Of a stretch of 64,000 nucleotides of DNA, positions 51,047 through 59,579 are shown in pieces (position 1 is the first letter of the stretch; each line of letters opens with the position of its first letter). The stretch comes from an uncultured delta proteobacterium (lineage in GTDB: Bacteria; Myxococcota_A; Polyangia; Fen-1088). The stretch is taken from the NCBI GenBank assembly GCA_963737265.1, contig CAVTRY010000023.1:192001-256000 (forward strand). Direction: 5' to 3'. The position numbers and the translations under genes were made by a program. The notes beneath the pieces are model-generated. The model was given only the letters and a program-made list of their open reading frames with translations, ran no database searches and was not told the origin of the DNA.

Positions 51047-51445
51047 CCTATCGGTAGGGGGCGAATTGGCGACGCCACGAAAAGTTCGGGGCTTCGTTAT
51101 CGTGGAGGAGACCATCTGTCGGCTCTCACGGTATATCTGAGTGCCTTCCCACTCGGATTCACCAGGGAGCGGCGCATCTCTCTCGCTCTGGCCCACCTAT
51201 TCGCCAACCCATAGGGGGCGCGCAGCGGCGGTCAAGGGCGCGCAGCGGCTCGCGAAGCGAGCGAACCCTTGACGGCTGCGAGCACCCCCGCACGATTGCC
51301 GAATGTGGGACGCGGGTGCCCGTCCGCCCTTGGGTGTCCGTGATAATCCACCCGGTGGATCACGAAATAGCGTGATATCCAACACCAGCATTCTCACCAT
51401 AAGTCGTAGATGTCCTCCAGCCCATTCGCGTTGGCGAAACCGGCA
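51047..51445 (-). repeat. Effector 3' stub 3, interrupted by a ~290 bp structured insert (51111-51400)
   Basis: GFANANGLEDIYDL | insert | LLHDNEAPNFSWRRQFAPYR*. Confidence 0.8.
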
Positions 51446-51729
51446 TCAATACGCGATCAGCAACCAATCTCCCTCGGCACTCTGACCGATGGCGAAACGG
51501 GGTCGCGCGCCTCGCGTGGCGTCCTGTTCTAGATAAATCTCTCGGATGGGCACGGTCGCCTCGACCTTGTGCCCCCCGCGATCAGAAATACTTGAGAACC
51601 GATAGCGGCTATCGTGAAGAAGAATTGACGATGTCCACGATGGCGAGATGAAGATCTGACCTGGGAAATCCCGTAGGCTGCGTTCCCACGAGATGCTGGA
51701 CGTCAACTACATTCACCCGGTGACGTCAA

Positions 51730-52578
51730 TTACATCGCCCCATTGTTGTCGGGGGTAGTTGTCGTTGGTTGATCGGTAGTTGTCGTAGTTGTCGCTGGGG
51801 TGGTGACGCCTCTCTTTCGTGCTTCTTCGCTGCGGTAGCTGGGGCCGGTCATCTCAAGGATGACCGCGTGGTGGACCAGTCGGTCGATGGCGGCGGCGGT
51901 GGTCATGGGATCCTTGAAAATGCGGATCCAATCGCTGAAGACCAGGTTGCTGGTGATGAGGACGCTCTTGCGTTCGTACCGCTCGGCCAGGAAGGTGAAA
52001 AGGACCTCCATTTCATCGCGGCTCTGCTGGACGTAGCCGATGTCGTCGAGGATCACGGCGTGATAGATGTCGAGCGCGGCCAGTTCTCGTTCCAGGCGAA
52101 GGTCGCGCTTGGCGGCCAGCAGCCTCTGGACAAGCGCGAAGGTCGGCGTGAAGAGGACCCGGTAGCCGCGCCGGATGAGTTCGTGGCCGATGGCAGCCAC
52201 AACGTGACTTTTGCCTCGGCCGGGCAGTCCGAAGACGAGCAGGTTCTCCCCACGTTCGACAAAGCCACCCTCACACAGGCTCGCCATCTGCTTCATCACC
52301 TTGGGTGACAGCCGACCACGTTCCAGGGTGGCCAGGGTTTTCTCCGTGGGAAGGTCCGAATCGCGAAGCGCGCGATCGATGCGACGGGTTCGGCGCTCTT
52401 CGATTTCCAGTTCGGCCAGGTGCTGGAGGTATTGGCTGAAGGTCCACCCCTCGCGGCTGGCCTTGATCGCGATCTCCTCGGCGTGCCGGGTGAAGGCAGG
52501 CAGCTTGAGCGCGCGCAGAAGCACCAGCAGAGCGTCGAGCGCGCTCGGCTTGACCGTGTCTACGGAGACGTTGGTCAT
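51730..52578 (-). CDS. istB: IS21 helper ATPase IstB
   Basis: GLPGRGKSH, ILDDIGY, ITSN and AAIDRLVHH motifs. Confidence 0.95.
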   Translation of the reverse strand: MTNVSVDTVKPSALDALLVLLRALKLPAFTRHAEEIAIKASREGWTFSQYLQHLAELEIEERRTRRIDRALRDSDLPTEKTLATLERGRLSPKVMKQMASLCEGGFVERGENLLVFGLPGRGKSHVVAAIGHELIRRGYRVLFTPTFALVQRLLAAKRDLRLERELAALDIYHAVILDDIGYVQQSRDEMEVLFTFLAERYERKSVLITSNLVFSDWIRIFKDPMTTAAAIDRLVHHAVILEMTGPSYRSEEARKRGVTTPATTTTTTDQPTTTTPDNNGAM

Positions 52579-54073
52579 GATGCCACCTGTTCGAGGAGCA
52601 GGTCGTAGGACGCGAGATCGACCAGCGGTGCTTCGAGCGCGGGGACGCTCGGTGGATAGGTACTGTCCGTCGCCTGTGTGCATCTCTTCTTGGTTGCATC
52701 CGCCGTCAAGATGGTCCCATCGGCAAGCAGAGTCGTGAGCGCTTGCTCAACATCGGCTTCCATCGTGCTGGCGGCCAGGTGAAGAATGCGCAGGTATTCA
52801 ACGTCGCCTTTGATTCCAGGCTTGGTCGCCTGGATCGCGTCGTATGCCCGCCTGAAAGTCACGCTTGGAAACAGCTCTTCTCGGTAGACGTAGCGAGAAA
52901 ACGCGCCCGGCTTGCGCACCAAAGACCAGATGACGTGCCGGTAGTCGATGCGCGCGGTCTTGCCTCGCAGCCTGTCGCAGGCCAATTCCAAGTTGTCGGC
53001 GTAGTACACCTCGATTCGGTGCTCGAACACGCGGACTCTCACCCGTGCGCCGATCAGCCTCGACGGCACCGAGTAGGCGCACGACTTGACCCGGATGGTG
53101 CTCGTCGACGCCACAGGTGCCGTCATTTCTGCGTACTCCGGCAAACGCTCCACCACCAGCGGCCGCATGGCTTCGATCTCCTCGGCGACGCGCGGGCCTC
53201 GCGAAGCGTTGGCTTTGCGGACCACCTTGGCTACGAAGCGTTCGTAGTCGTCTTGGTCCGCGAAGTCGCGGCTGCCACGCACCAGCAGCGCTTGTTCAAG
53301 CCGACGCTTGAGCGCGCCGTTGCTGGCCTCCACATCGCCGTTTTGTTCCTTGGCCCCGACGGCTGTAGTTCGTGGCTCCATTCCGAGGTGCCGCATGACC
53401 GCCTTGTATTCATCGTTGAAAGTGCGATCTTCCGCATCGCGAGCGATCTGATGTGTCGCCGCCGTCGAGTGGTCGGTTTGGTGGTATCGCGGCACCCGCC
53501 CAAGCTGGAACAGCGCCGACTGGATCCCTCGCCGAAGCGCTGCCAGAGACTCCGACAGACACGCGGTCGCCCATTGCCAGTTCGAGTACGGCAGCACCGT
53601 CACGCACAAAAGGTGCACAAATAGCTGGCCCACGATCGTCACACCAAGCTCCGCCGTCGACGTGAAGTCGGTTTGCGCGGCTTCACCGGGCCGATGCGCC
53701 TGCGTGAACCAAATCTCACGCGCAGGACCATGCTCGGCCCGCCAGCGACGGATTCGCCGCTGCATTGTCCGAAGATGGCTCTCGTTGTACCGCCCTGGCT
53801 GCTTCGCCTCCAGCAGCTCCAGCACCGTCTGAGCCTCCAGCCCAGGCGTTTCCTCCAGCAACTTGGCCACGGCTGGCCAGTCCTCGGCGAACGCGTCAGG
53901 CGCGTCCGCCACCACCGCGGCTGCCGTAGCTCCGACGGTAGCTTGCCCGCGGCGATGTATCGCCGCCCTGTCTTCCGGTCCATGCCCGCCTTCATGGCGG
54001 CCTGGCCTACTTTTCCAATCTTGCTCATCTCTTCCATCAAACGCCTCACTTGGGCGTCGGTGACCGGCTTCAA
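52575..54073 (-). CDS. istA: IS21 transposase IstA (apparent 1-bp deletion ~53898)
   Basis: AGGAGG + TTG start; HTH (AGMDRKT.RRY); WRTR/PDAF split; QTDFT, TDH, NGDVE and YSVPSRLIG motifs. Confidence 0.9.
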
Positions 54074-55161
54074 AGGTGCCTCCTGCCCGCTTGCGGGCTT
54101 GGAGGTCTACCTCACGGTCACCGTCGCGCCTCAAAGCGGGGCGACGTAGCTGTCGTCTTTGGGGAGATGTAATTGTCGCTCAGCAACGAGAGGTCGAATC
54201 TGCGATCTCTACGCTGCAAAACCGTCTCTCGCGATCCCGAGATGAACAGGAAGTCGGTGCCGCGAGAAACGAAGAAACGGCCTGCTCCGATTCCGTCGGT
54301 CACATATCGGGTTCGCACCAGTCCCCCGCGGCCGATGCCAATCGGATTCTGAGAGCCAGTGCTCTCACTCCAGAACCATTCCCACTTGGTCTTCATCCAG
54401 GAATAGGGTCTTTGTACGATGATGTGTCCCTGGTAATCTAGAACTGTCACGACTGAAGGCCAAACCTTGTCGGTTGCACTGGTGCTGATAGGATATCTCT
54501 CCAAGTAGACATCGAGAATCAACACCTCGCCGGCATCGGATACCAGCATCTCCGCTTCGTTCGGTTGGAAGCCTGCCGAGCAAGGAGCTTTGATGCTCGT
54601 GAAGTCACTTGGACATGCAGGTTTGTCCGAAACTGACACCAACGGCCGAGTCTTTGTCACGGGGGCGCCGCCGTCCAAGTCGAAGTAGGAAAGCGCTCGA
54701 TCGCTGACTGCCCAAAGGCCGGTGGGTCCGGCGAAGTATGTGGTCTTCTCGGAGGGAACAGGGAACTTTCGCGTCCGGCCAGGGCTCAGGCTGTCGGTGC
54801 CGTACTCCGCGACCTCACCCGCCGACGCGATGACCACGCGCTTGTCGAAAACGCGAGAGGCCACTATGCCACCTGCGAGAGCCAAGGAAGATTGGGCCAG
54901 TTCTTGGCCTTCCTTGCTCCACAAGACAAGATCTCTCGGCTCCTTCTCAGGCGACTTGACGACGGCGAGAATCTTGCCGCCTGGAAGCGTATGGAGAGGT
55001 GGAAAGACCTCACCCCCGGCCATCCATGAGGTCTGCCAGCCGCTGAGCTGTAACCGTTGGTTCAGTCCGCGGACTGTCACGCGGTCTCCTTCTGCGCGAG
55101 CGTTTCCGGTCATCATCAATCCTGCCAAGGTGAGAAGGAAGCATTTCATCGCACCACGATC

Positions 55162-55377
55162 CTACTTGTAGGCGACAAATTGACGGCGCCAGGTGAAGTT
55201 GGGGGCTTCATTGTGGGTGTGGAGGAGTCCGGCGTTCTCGCCGTGGGGAATGATGTCGTACTTCTGCGGACCCCAAAAGTTCCCGAACGATGGCTTGGCC
55301 TCGACCTCGATGTTCCAGCGCGAGCTGACGTCGTAGATGTCCTCCAGCCCGTTCGAGTTGGTGAAGCCGAAGGACAT
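55162..55377 (-). CDS. Intact 71-aa copy of the effector C-terminus (stub 2)
   Basis: ATG 2 nt after the immunity-like stop; MSFGFTNSNGLEDIYD...NEAPNFTWRRQFVAYK*. Confidence 0.7.
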   Translation of the reverse strand: MSFGFTNSNGLEDIYDVSSRWNIEVEAKPSFGNFWGPQKYDIIPHGENAGLLHTHNEAPNFTWRRQFVAYK

Positions 55378-55379
55378 CG

Positions 55380-56591
55380 TCAATAAGCAATCAGCAGCCA
55401 GTCGCCTTCGGCGCTTTGGCCGATGGCGAAACGGGGGCGCTCGTAGTGAGTCTTTTGCTGCTCCTCCGCGATCCCATCGATACTGATCAGCTGCTCCCTT
55501 TTGCTTCGGCCTTGGTCTGATATGGTCGAAAATCTGTAGCATCCATGGTCGTGTAAGAGCATGGGTGAAACCCAGGATGGAGAGCTGATGAACCCGCCGG
55601 CAAGATCTCGAATGCTTTGTTTCCAAACCGGTTTAAGTAGTCGGTTCCAGCGGTGAATGACCATTTCGTCTCTGCCAGACCAGTAGAGGAAGTCGCTACC
55701 ACGGGAGGCAAAGAGACGGCCAGCGGCGATGCTATCGGTAACATATCGGGTTCGCACCAGCCCCCAGTCTGCAGGGCCTCCGGATTGTGGGCTACCTCCT
55801 TGGGTCCAGAACCATTCCCGCTTGGTCTTCATCCATGAGTAAGGCTTCTGCACCGCGATGTTCCCACGCGAATCGAGAACGGTCACGGCTGAAGGCCAAA
55901 CCTGGTCTGGGAGCACCCCAGTCGTACTGATTGGATATCTCTCTAAGTAGACATCGATGATGAGCATCTCTCCGGTGTCGGATACCAGCATCTCCGCTTC
56001 GTTCGGCTGGAAGCCTGCCGAGCACGGCTCTTTTATGCTCGAAGGGTCACTGGAACACGCAGGCTTGTCCGAAACCGACACCAATGGCCGAGTCCTTGTC
56101 ATGGAGGCGCCGCCGTCCAAGTCAAAGTAAGAAAGCGCTCGATCAGTGACCACCCAAAGGCCGGTAGGTCCGGCGGCATATACGGTCTTCTCGGAGGAAA
56201 CGGGCAACTTTCGCGTCCGGTCGGGGCGCAGTTTGTCGATGTCGTACTCCACGACCTCACCTGCCGACGCGATGATAAGGCGCTTATCGAAAACGCGAGA
56301 AGCCACTACGTCACCTGCAAGCGCCAAGGGAGTTCGTGCCAGTTCGCGGCCTTCCTTGCTCCACAGGACGAGATCCTTCGGGTCCGTCTCTGGTGCGTTG
56401 ACGACGGCGAGAATCTTGCCACCTGGAAGCGTATGGATGGGGGGAAGAATTGCGCCTTTGGCCAACCATGAGGCATGCCAGCCAGTGAGCTGCAAGCGTT
56501 GGTTCAGTCCGCGGACTGTCACGCGGGCCCATTCAGCGTGGGCGTCTTCGACCATCATCAATCCTACCAAAATGAAAAGGATGTATCTCAT
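55380..56591 (-). CDS. Putative immunity protein paralog 2 (signal peptide)
   Basis: RVTVRGLNQRLQL...EGDWLLIAY; GGGGAG RBS. Confidence 0.75.
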   Translation of the reverse strand: MRYILFILVGLMMVEDAHAEWARVTVRGLNQRLQLTGWHASWLAKGAILPPIHTLPGGKILAVVNAPETDPKDLVLWSKEGRELARTPLALAGDVVASRVFDKRLIIASAGEVVEYDIDKLRPDRTRKLPVSSEKTVYAAGPTGLWVVTDRALSYFDLDGGASMTRTRPLVSVSDKPACSSDPSSIKEPCSAGFQPNEAEMLVSDTGEMLIIDVYLERYPISTTGVLPDQVWPSAVTVLDSRGNIAVQKPYSWMKTKREWFWTQGGSPQSGGPADWGLVRTRYVTDSIAAGRLFASRGSDFLYWSGRDEMVIHRWNRLLKPVWKQSIRDLAGGFISSPSWVSPMLLHDHGCYRFSTISDQGRSKREQLISIDGIAEEQQKTHYERPRFAIGQSAEGDWLLIAY

Positions 56592-56603
56592 CTCCCCGCG
56601 ATC

Positions 56604-58136
56604 CTACTTGTAGGCGGGGAATTGACGACGCCAGGTGAAGTTGGGCGCCTCATTATGGAAGTGAAGTAATCCGGTATTCTCGCCGTGAGGAATGATCTCG
56701 TACTCCTGCGAACCCCAAAAGTTCCCAAGCGAGGGCTTGGCTTCGACCTCGATGTTCCAGCACGAGCGTGTATCGTAGATATCGTCGAGCCCTCCCGCAC
56801 TTCCGAAGCAGAAAGACATGAATCTGCCGGCCTTGGAGCCGAATTGAAGCCACGCCATGAACTCTTTGGCGTCAGTCTTAAGAATATCAAACGAGCTTTC
56901 CGCAGGCGCGAATTTGTCGGGGGCAAGTTGATGTCTAGCCCTGAATTTCTGTGGATCGCGAGTGAGCGGAATCTTGACCCAAGGGTTCTCATTCTTGACC
57001 GTTGCCTTTCCAAAGAGGACCACGTCCATGTTCATGGCCAGCATGTCTGGGAAGGTCTCTTGGAAGGTGATCTTGATGGCGTGCGGAACCTCTTCAGCGT
57101 TCGCTCGCTCAAAGGGCTCGACGTTGATCGCCTTGAACACTCCGTCTTTCATCACGTGTAGGTAGTCCACCGCGACGGCCAGCCTGGGCTTGGTTTTGTT
57201 GAGCGTGGGGTACACGGGCTCGATGCTGGTCACATCGCCGGTGTCCGAGATGGTCACCATCGTGCCCGAGGGGCGGTCGCTGCCATATTCGCCGAACATG
57301 GCGCCACCGCCATAGAACCCGTCGAAGTTGATGCGCGGGAGCGGACCCGCGGAATCCGACACGATGATAGGTGGGCGGCCATTGATACGAGGCGCTGGAT
57401 TGACGACCCCGCTCGGACTCCGCATGCCGTAGGCCTCGGTTGGGTAGCCTTTGTCGTCAGCCGCTCCAAGCAGGTACATACTCTTGCGGTGCGAGTGGCC
57501 GGAAAACCCGCATGCCGTGACTTTGCCGTCGGCCATCTGCTTGTACAGTTCGGATCGCCGCTTTTCGAAGGTGCCGAAGTCGTATTTGCCAAAGGGGGCT
57601 CCGCCGCGAAGGAGCCCAGTGCCACCGACATCCACGTGGCCTAGGGTCGGACCCTCGCCATAGGAAACGGTCTCGACGTAGCTCACGAAGGTGAAGTGGC
57701 TCATGATCACGGTCTTCTTGCCCCCGGCGCCCGCATCGGGCTGGGCAAGCGCGAGCTGCGCTGCGGTGACCGCCTCGTTGGCGCGCGGAAGATGTCCCAA
57801 TAGACCGCCCTGGCCGAGCGAGCCAGGTAGGCTCACCGATTCTTCGCTTTCGCCCCAGCCCAACCCGACGAGAAGAATCTTGGGTAGCTGCACTTTGAAA
57901 TCCGAGAAGGGCGACAGGACTGCGTGGAACCACTCGTAGTATTGCGGATCGAAGAGTTCCCCCAGCGAGCCCAGGACCACCGCGCGCAGGGTGAGCTGGG
58001 GCGCGTCTTCGCCGCGAAACGCGCGCCGGTACCACGTTTCCTCGTCGAACGTGGCAACTTCCGCAGGTTGGATTTCAAGGGGACGGCCGGCGGCGATTTC
58101 CTCGGGCGTGTGCGCCGGTTTTTGGAACCAGGACAT
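56604..58136 (-). CDS. Chimeric ORF: OPT-transporter-like N-terminus fused to the C-terminal half of the metallophosphoesterase
   Basis: The first ~57 aa end in PQLTLRAVVLGS; the remainder aligns to 59580-60901. Confidence 0.7.
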   Translation of the reverse strand: MSWFQKPAHTPEEIAAGRPLEIQPAEVATFDEETWYRRAFRGEDAPQLTLRAVVLGSLGELFDPQYYEWFHAVLSPFSDFKVQLPKILLVGLGWGESEESVSLPGSLGQGGLLGHLPRANEAVTAAQLALAQPDAGAGGKKTVIMSHFTFVSYVETVSYGEGPTLGHVDVGGTGLLRGGAPFGKYDFGTFEKRRSELYKQMADGKVTACGFSGHSHRKSMYLLGAADDKGYPTEAYGMRSPSGVVNPAPRINGRPPIIVSDSAGPLPRINFDGFYGGGAMFGEYGSDRPSGTMVTISDTGDVTSIEPVYPTLNKTKPRLAVAVDYLHVMKDGVFKAINVEPFERANAEEVPHAIKITFQETFPDMLAMNMDVVLFGKATVKNENPWVKIPLTRDPQKFRARHQLAPDKFAPAESSFDILKTDAKEFMAWLQFGSKAGRFMSFCFGSAGGLDDIYDTRSCWNIEVEAKPSLGNFWGSQEYEIIPHGENTGLLHFHNEAPNFTWRRQFPAYK

Positions 58137-58240
58137 GCGGCTAGGTTAATCGATACTCGGGCGCGGGCGAGAGACTTCGGCCCGGCGCACCGCGCCGTCG
58201 CCGCGCTTGGCGTGGGATTACGGATGTCGGGGGTGGGGGC

Positions 58241-58345
58241 TCAGAAATTCCCAAAGGATGGCCTGGCCTCGACCTCGATGTTCCACCGCGAGCCGAGGTC
58301 GTAGACATCTTCGAGGCCGTTCGCGTTGGCGAAGCTGAATGACAT
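58241..58345 (-). repeat. Truncated effector 3' stub 1
   Basis: MSFSFANANGLEDVYDLGSRWNIEVEARPSFGNF* (TGG changed to TGA). Confidence 0.85.
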
Positions 58346-58347
58346 CG

Positions 58348-59565
58348 TCAATAAGCAATCAGCAGCCAGTCGCCCTCGGTGCTTTGGCCGATGGCGAAGC
58401 GGGGGCGCTGGAACTTCGTCCGCTGTAGTTCGAGAAGGATTTCTCTTATTTCTAGCTTGCTCTCGGTGATAATGGTCCCGTGCCCCGTAACACTCGAAAA
58501 TTTCCGGCAGCCGTTATCGTGAAGCAACACTTGCGATGTCCAAGAGGGAGATACAATCTCGCCTCCAAAGTCCGCCAATTTGCGCTTCCAGACTGTCTCC
58601 AACCCACGATTTGTTCGGAAGAGAACCGTGTCATCTCTTTCATCGCTGATTTTCCAAAAGAGGAAATCACTGCCCCGAGAGGCGAACGGCAGGCTTGCAG
58701 GTGCCCGTTCCGTTTCATACCTGGTGCGGACCAACCCCCAATCCGCAGGGCCTCCAGATTGCGGGCTACCACCCAGGGTCCAGAACCATTCTCGCTTGTT
58801 CTTCATCCACGAAAGCGCCTTTTGCACGACGATTGCGCCCGTGGCGTCGAGAACGGACGCCGCGGATGGCCAGACCTCGTCGAATAAGCCCGGTACGTTG
58901 CCGTAGGGGTAGATCTCCTTGAAGACCTCGACGAGGAGTAGATCTCCTGTTTCCGAAGCTATTGCTCTGGTCTGACCGAACTGGAGCCCGGTCGAACACG
59001 GTTGTTTGGCTTCCCCCGACGAATCAGGGCAGCGCGGTTTGTCGACAGCAACCAGGGGCCGCGCCTTCTCCACGGGCTGGTGGCCGTCGAGAGCGAAATA
59101 GGAAACCGCTTTGTCGCTGATCACCCACAGCCCGGTGGGGCTAGGCCGATAGAGTGTCGTCTTCGTAGCTTGAACGACGAACGAGCGCACTCGGCCCTTG
59201 CGCAAGGTCCCGGTATCGATTTCGACGACCTCGCTGGCGCTCGCGACGACCAAGCGGTTTCCAAAGACCTGCCCGGCCTTGACCTCGCCCGCGATGTCGA
59301 GAGGACATCGGCCCAGCTGATGCCCATCTTTGTCCCAAAGGAGGAGAGCGAGTGCATCACCTCCTACCTCCCTCACGATGGCCAAGAGCTTGCCCCCGGG
59401 CAGGGGATAGACCGGCGGTACAATTTCGCCTTGAACTTGCCAGCTTGCCTGCGATCTCGTGAGCTGCAGTTGCGGGCTCAGGCCGCGCACCGTCACTCGA
59501 TTCTCTTCGGCACGCACATTGCCCGTCATGATGAGTCCTGCAAGTACGAGGGTTGCATATCGCAT
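58348..59565 (-). CDS. Putative immunity protein paralog 1 (signal peptide)
   Basis: Directly follows the 876-aa phosphoesterase; MRYATLVLAGLIMTGNVRA signal peptide. Confidence 0.75.
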   Translation of the reverse strand: MRYATLVLAGLIMTGNVRAEENRVTVRGLSPQLQLTRSQASWQVQGEIVPPVYPLPGGKLLAIVREVGGDALALLLWDKDGHQLGRCPLDIAGEVKAGQVFGNRLVVASASEVVEIDTGTLRKGRVRSFVVQATKTTLYRPSPTGLWVISDKAVSYFALDGHQPVEKARPLVAVDKPRCPDSSGEAKQPCSTGLQFGQTRAIASETGDLLLVEVFKEIYPYGNVPGLFDEVWPSAASVLDATGAIVVQKALSWMKNKREWFWTLGGSPQSGGPADWGLVRTRYETERAPASLPFASRGSDFLFWKISDERDDTVLFRTNRGLETVWKRKLADFGGEIVSPSWTSQVLLHDNGCRKFSSVTGHGTIITESKLEIREILLELQRTKFQRPRFAIGQSTEGDWLLIAY

Positions 59566-59579
59566 GGCTGCGCGGTTTC

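Larger units (their letters stand above)
51694..54185 (-). mobile_element. IS21-family insertion sequence
   Basis: Ends TGCTG...ACAT imperfect IRs with internal repeats; 6-bp duplication ACGAGA (51688-51693, 54186-54191); istA + istB. Confidence 0.93.
51446..55149 (-). pseudogene. Putative immunity protein paralog 3 interrupted by IS21
   Basis: Removing the IS and one ACGAGA copy restores RRFDLSWERSLRDF...EGDWLLIAY. Confidence 0.85.
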
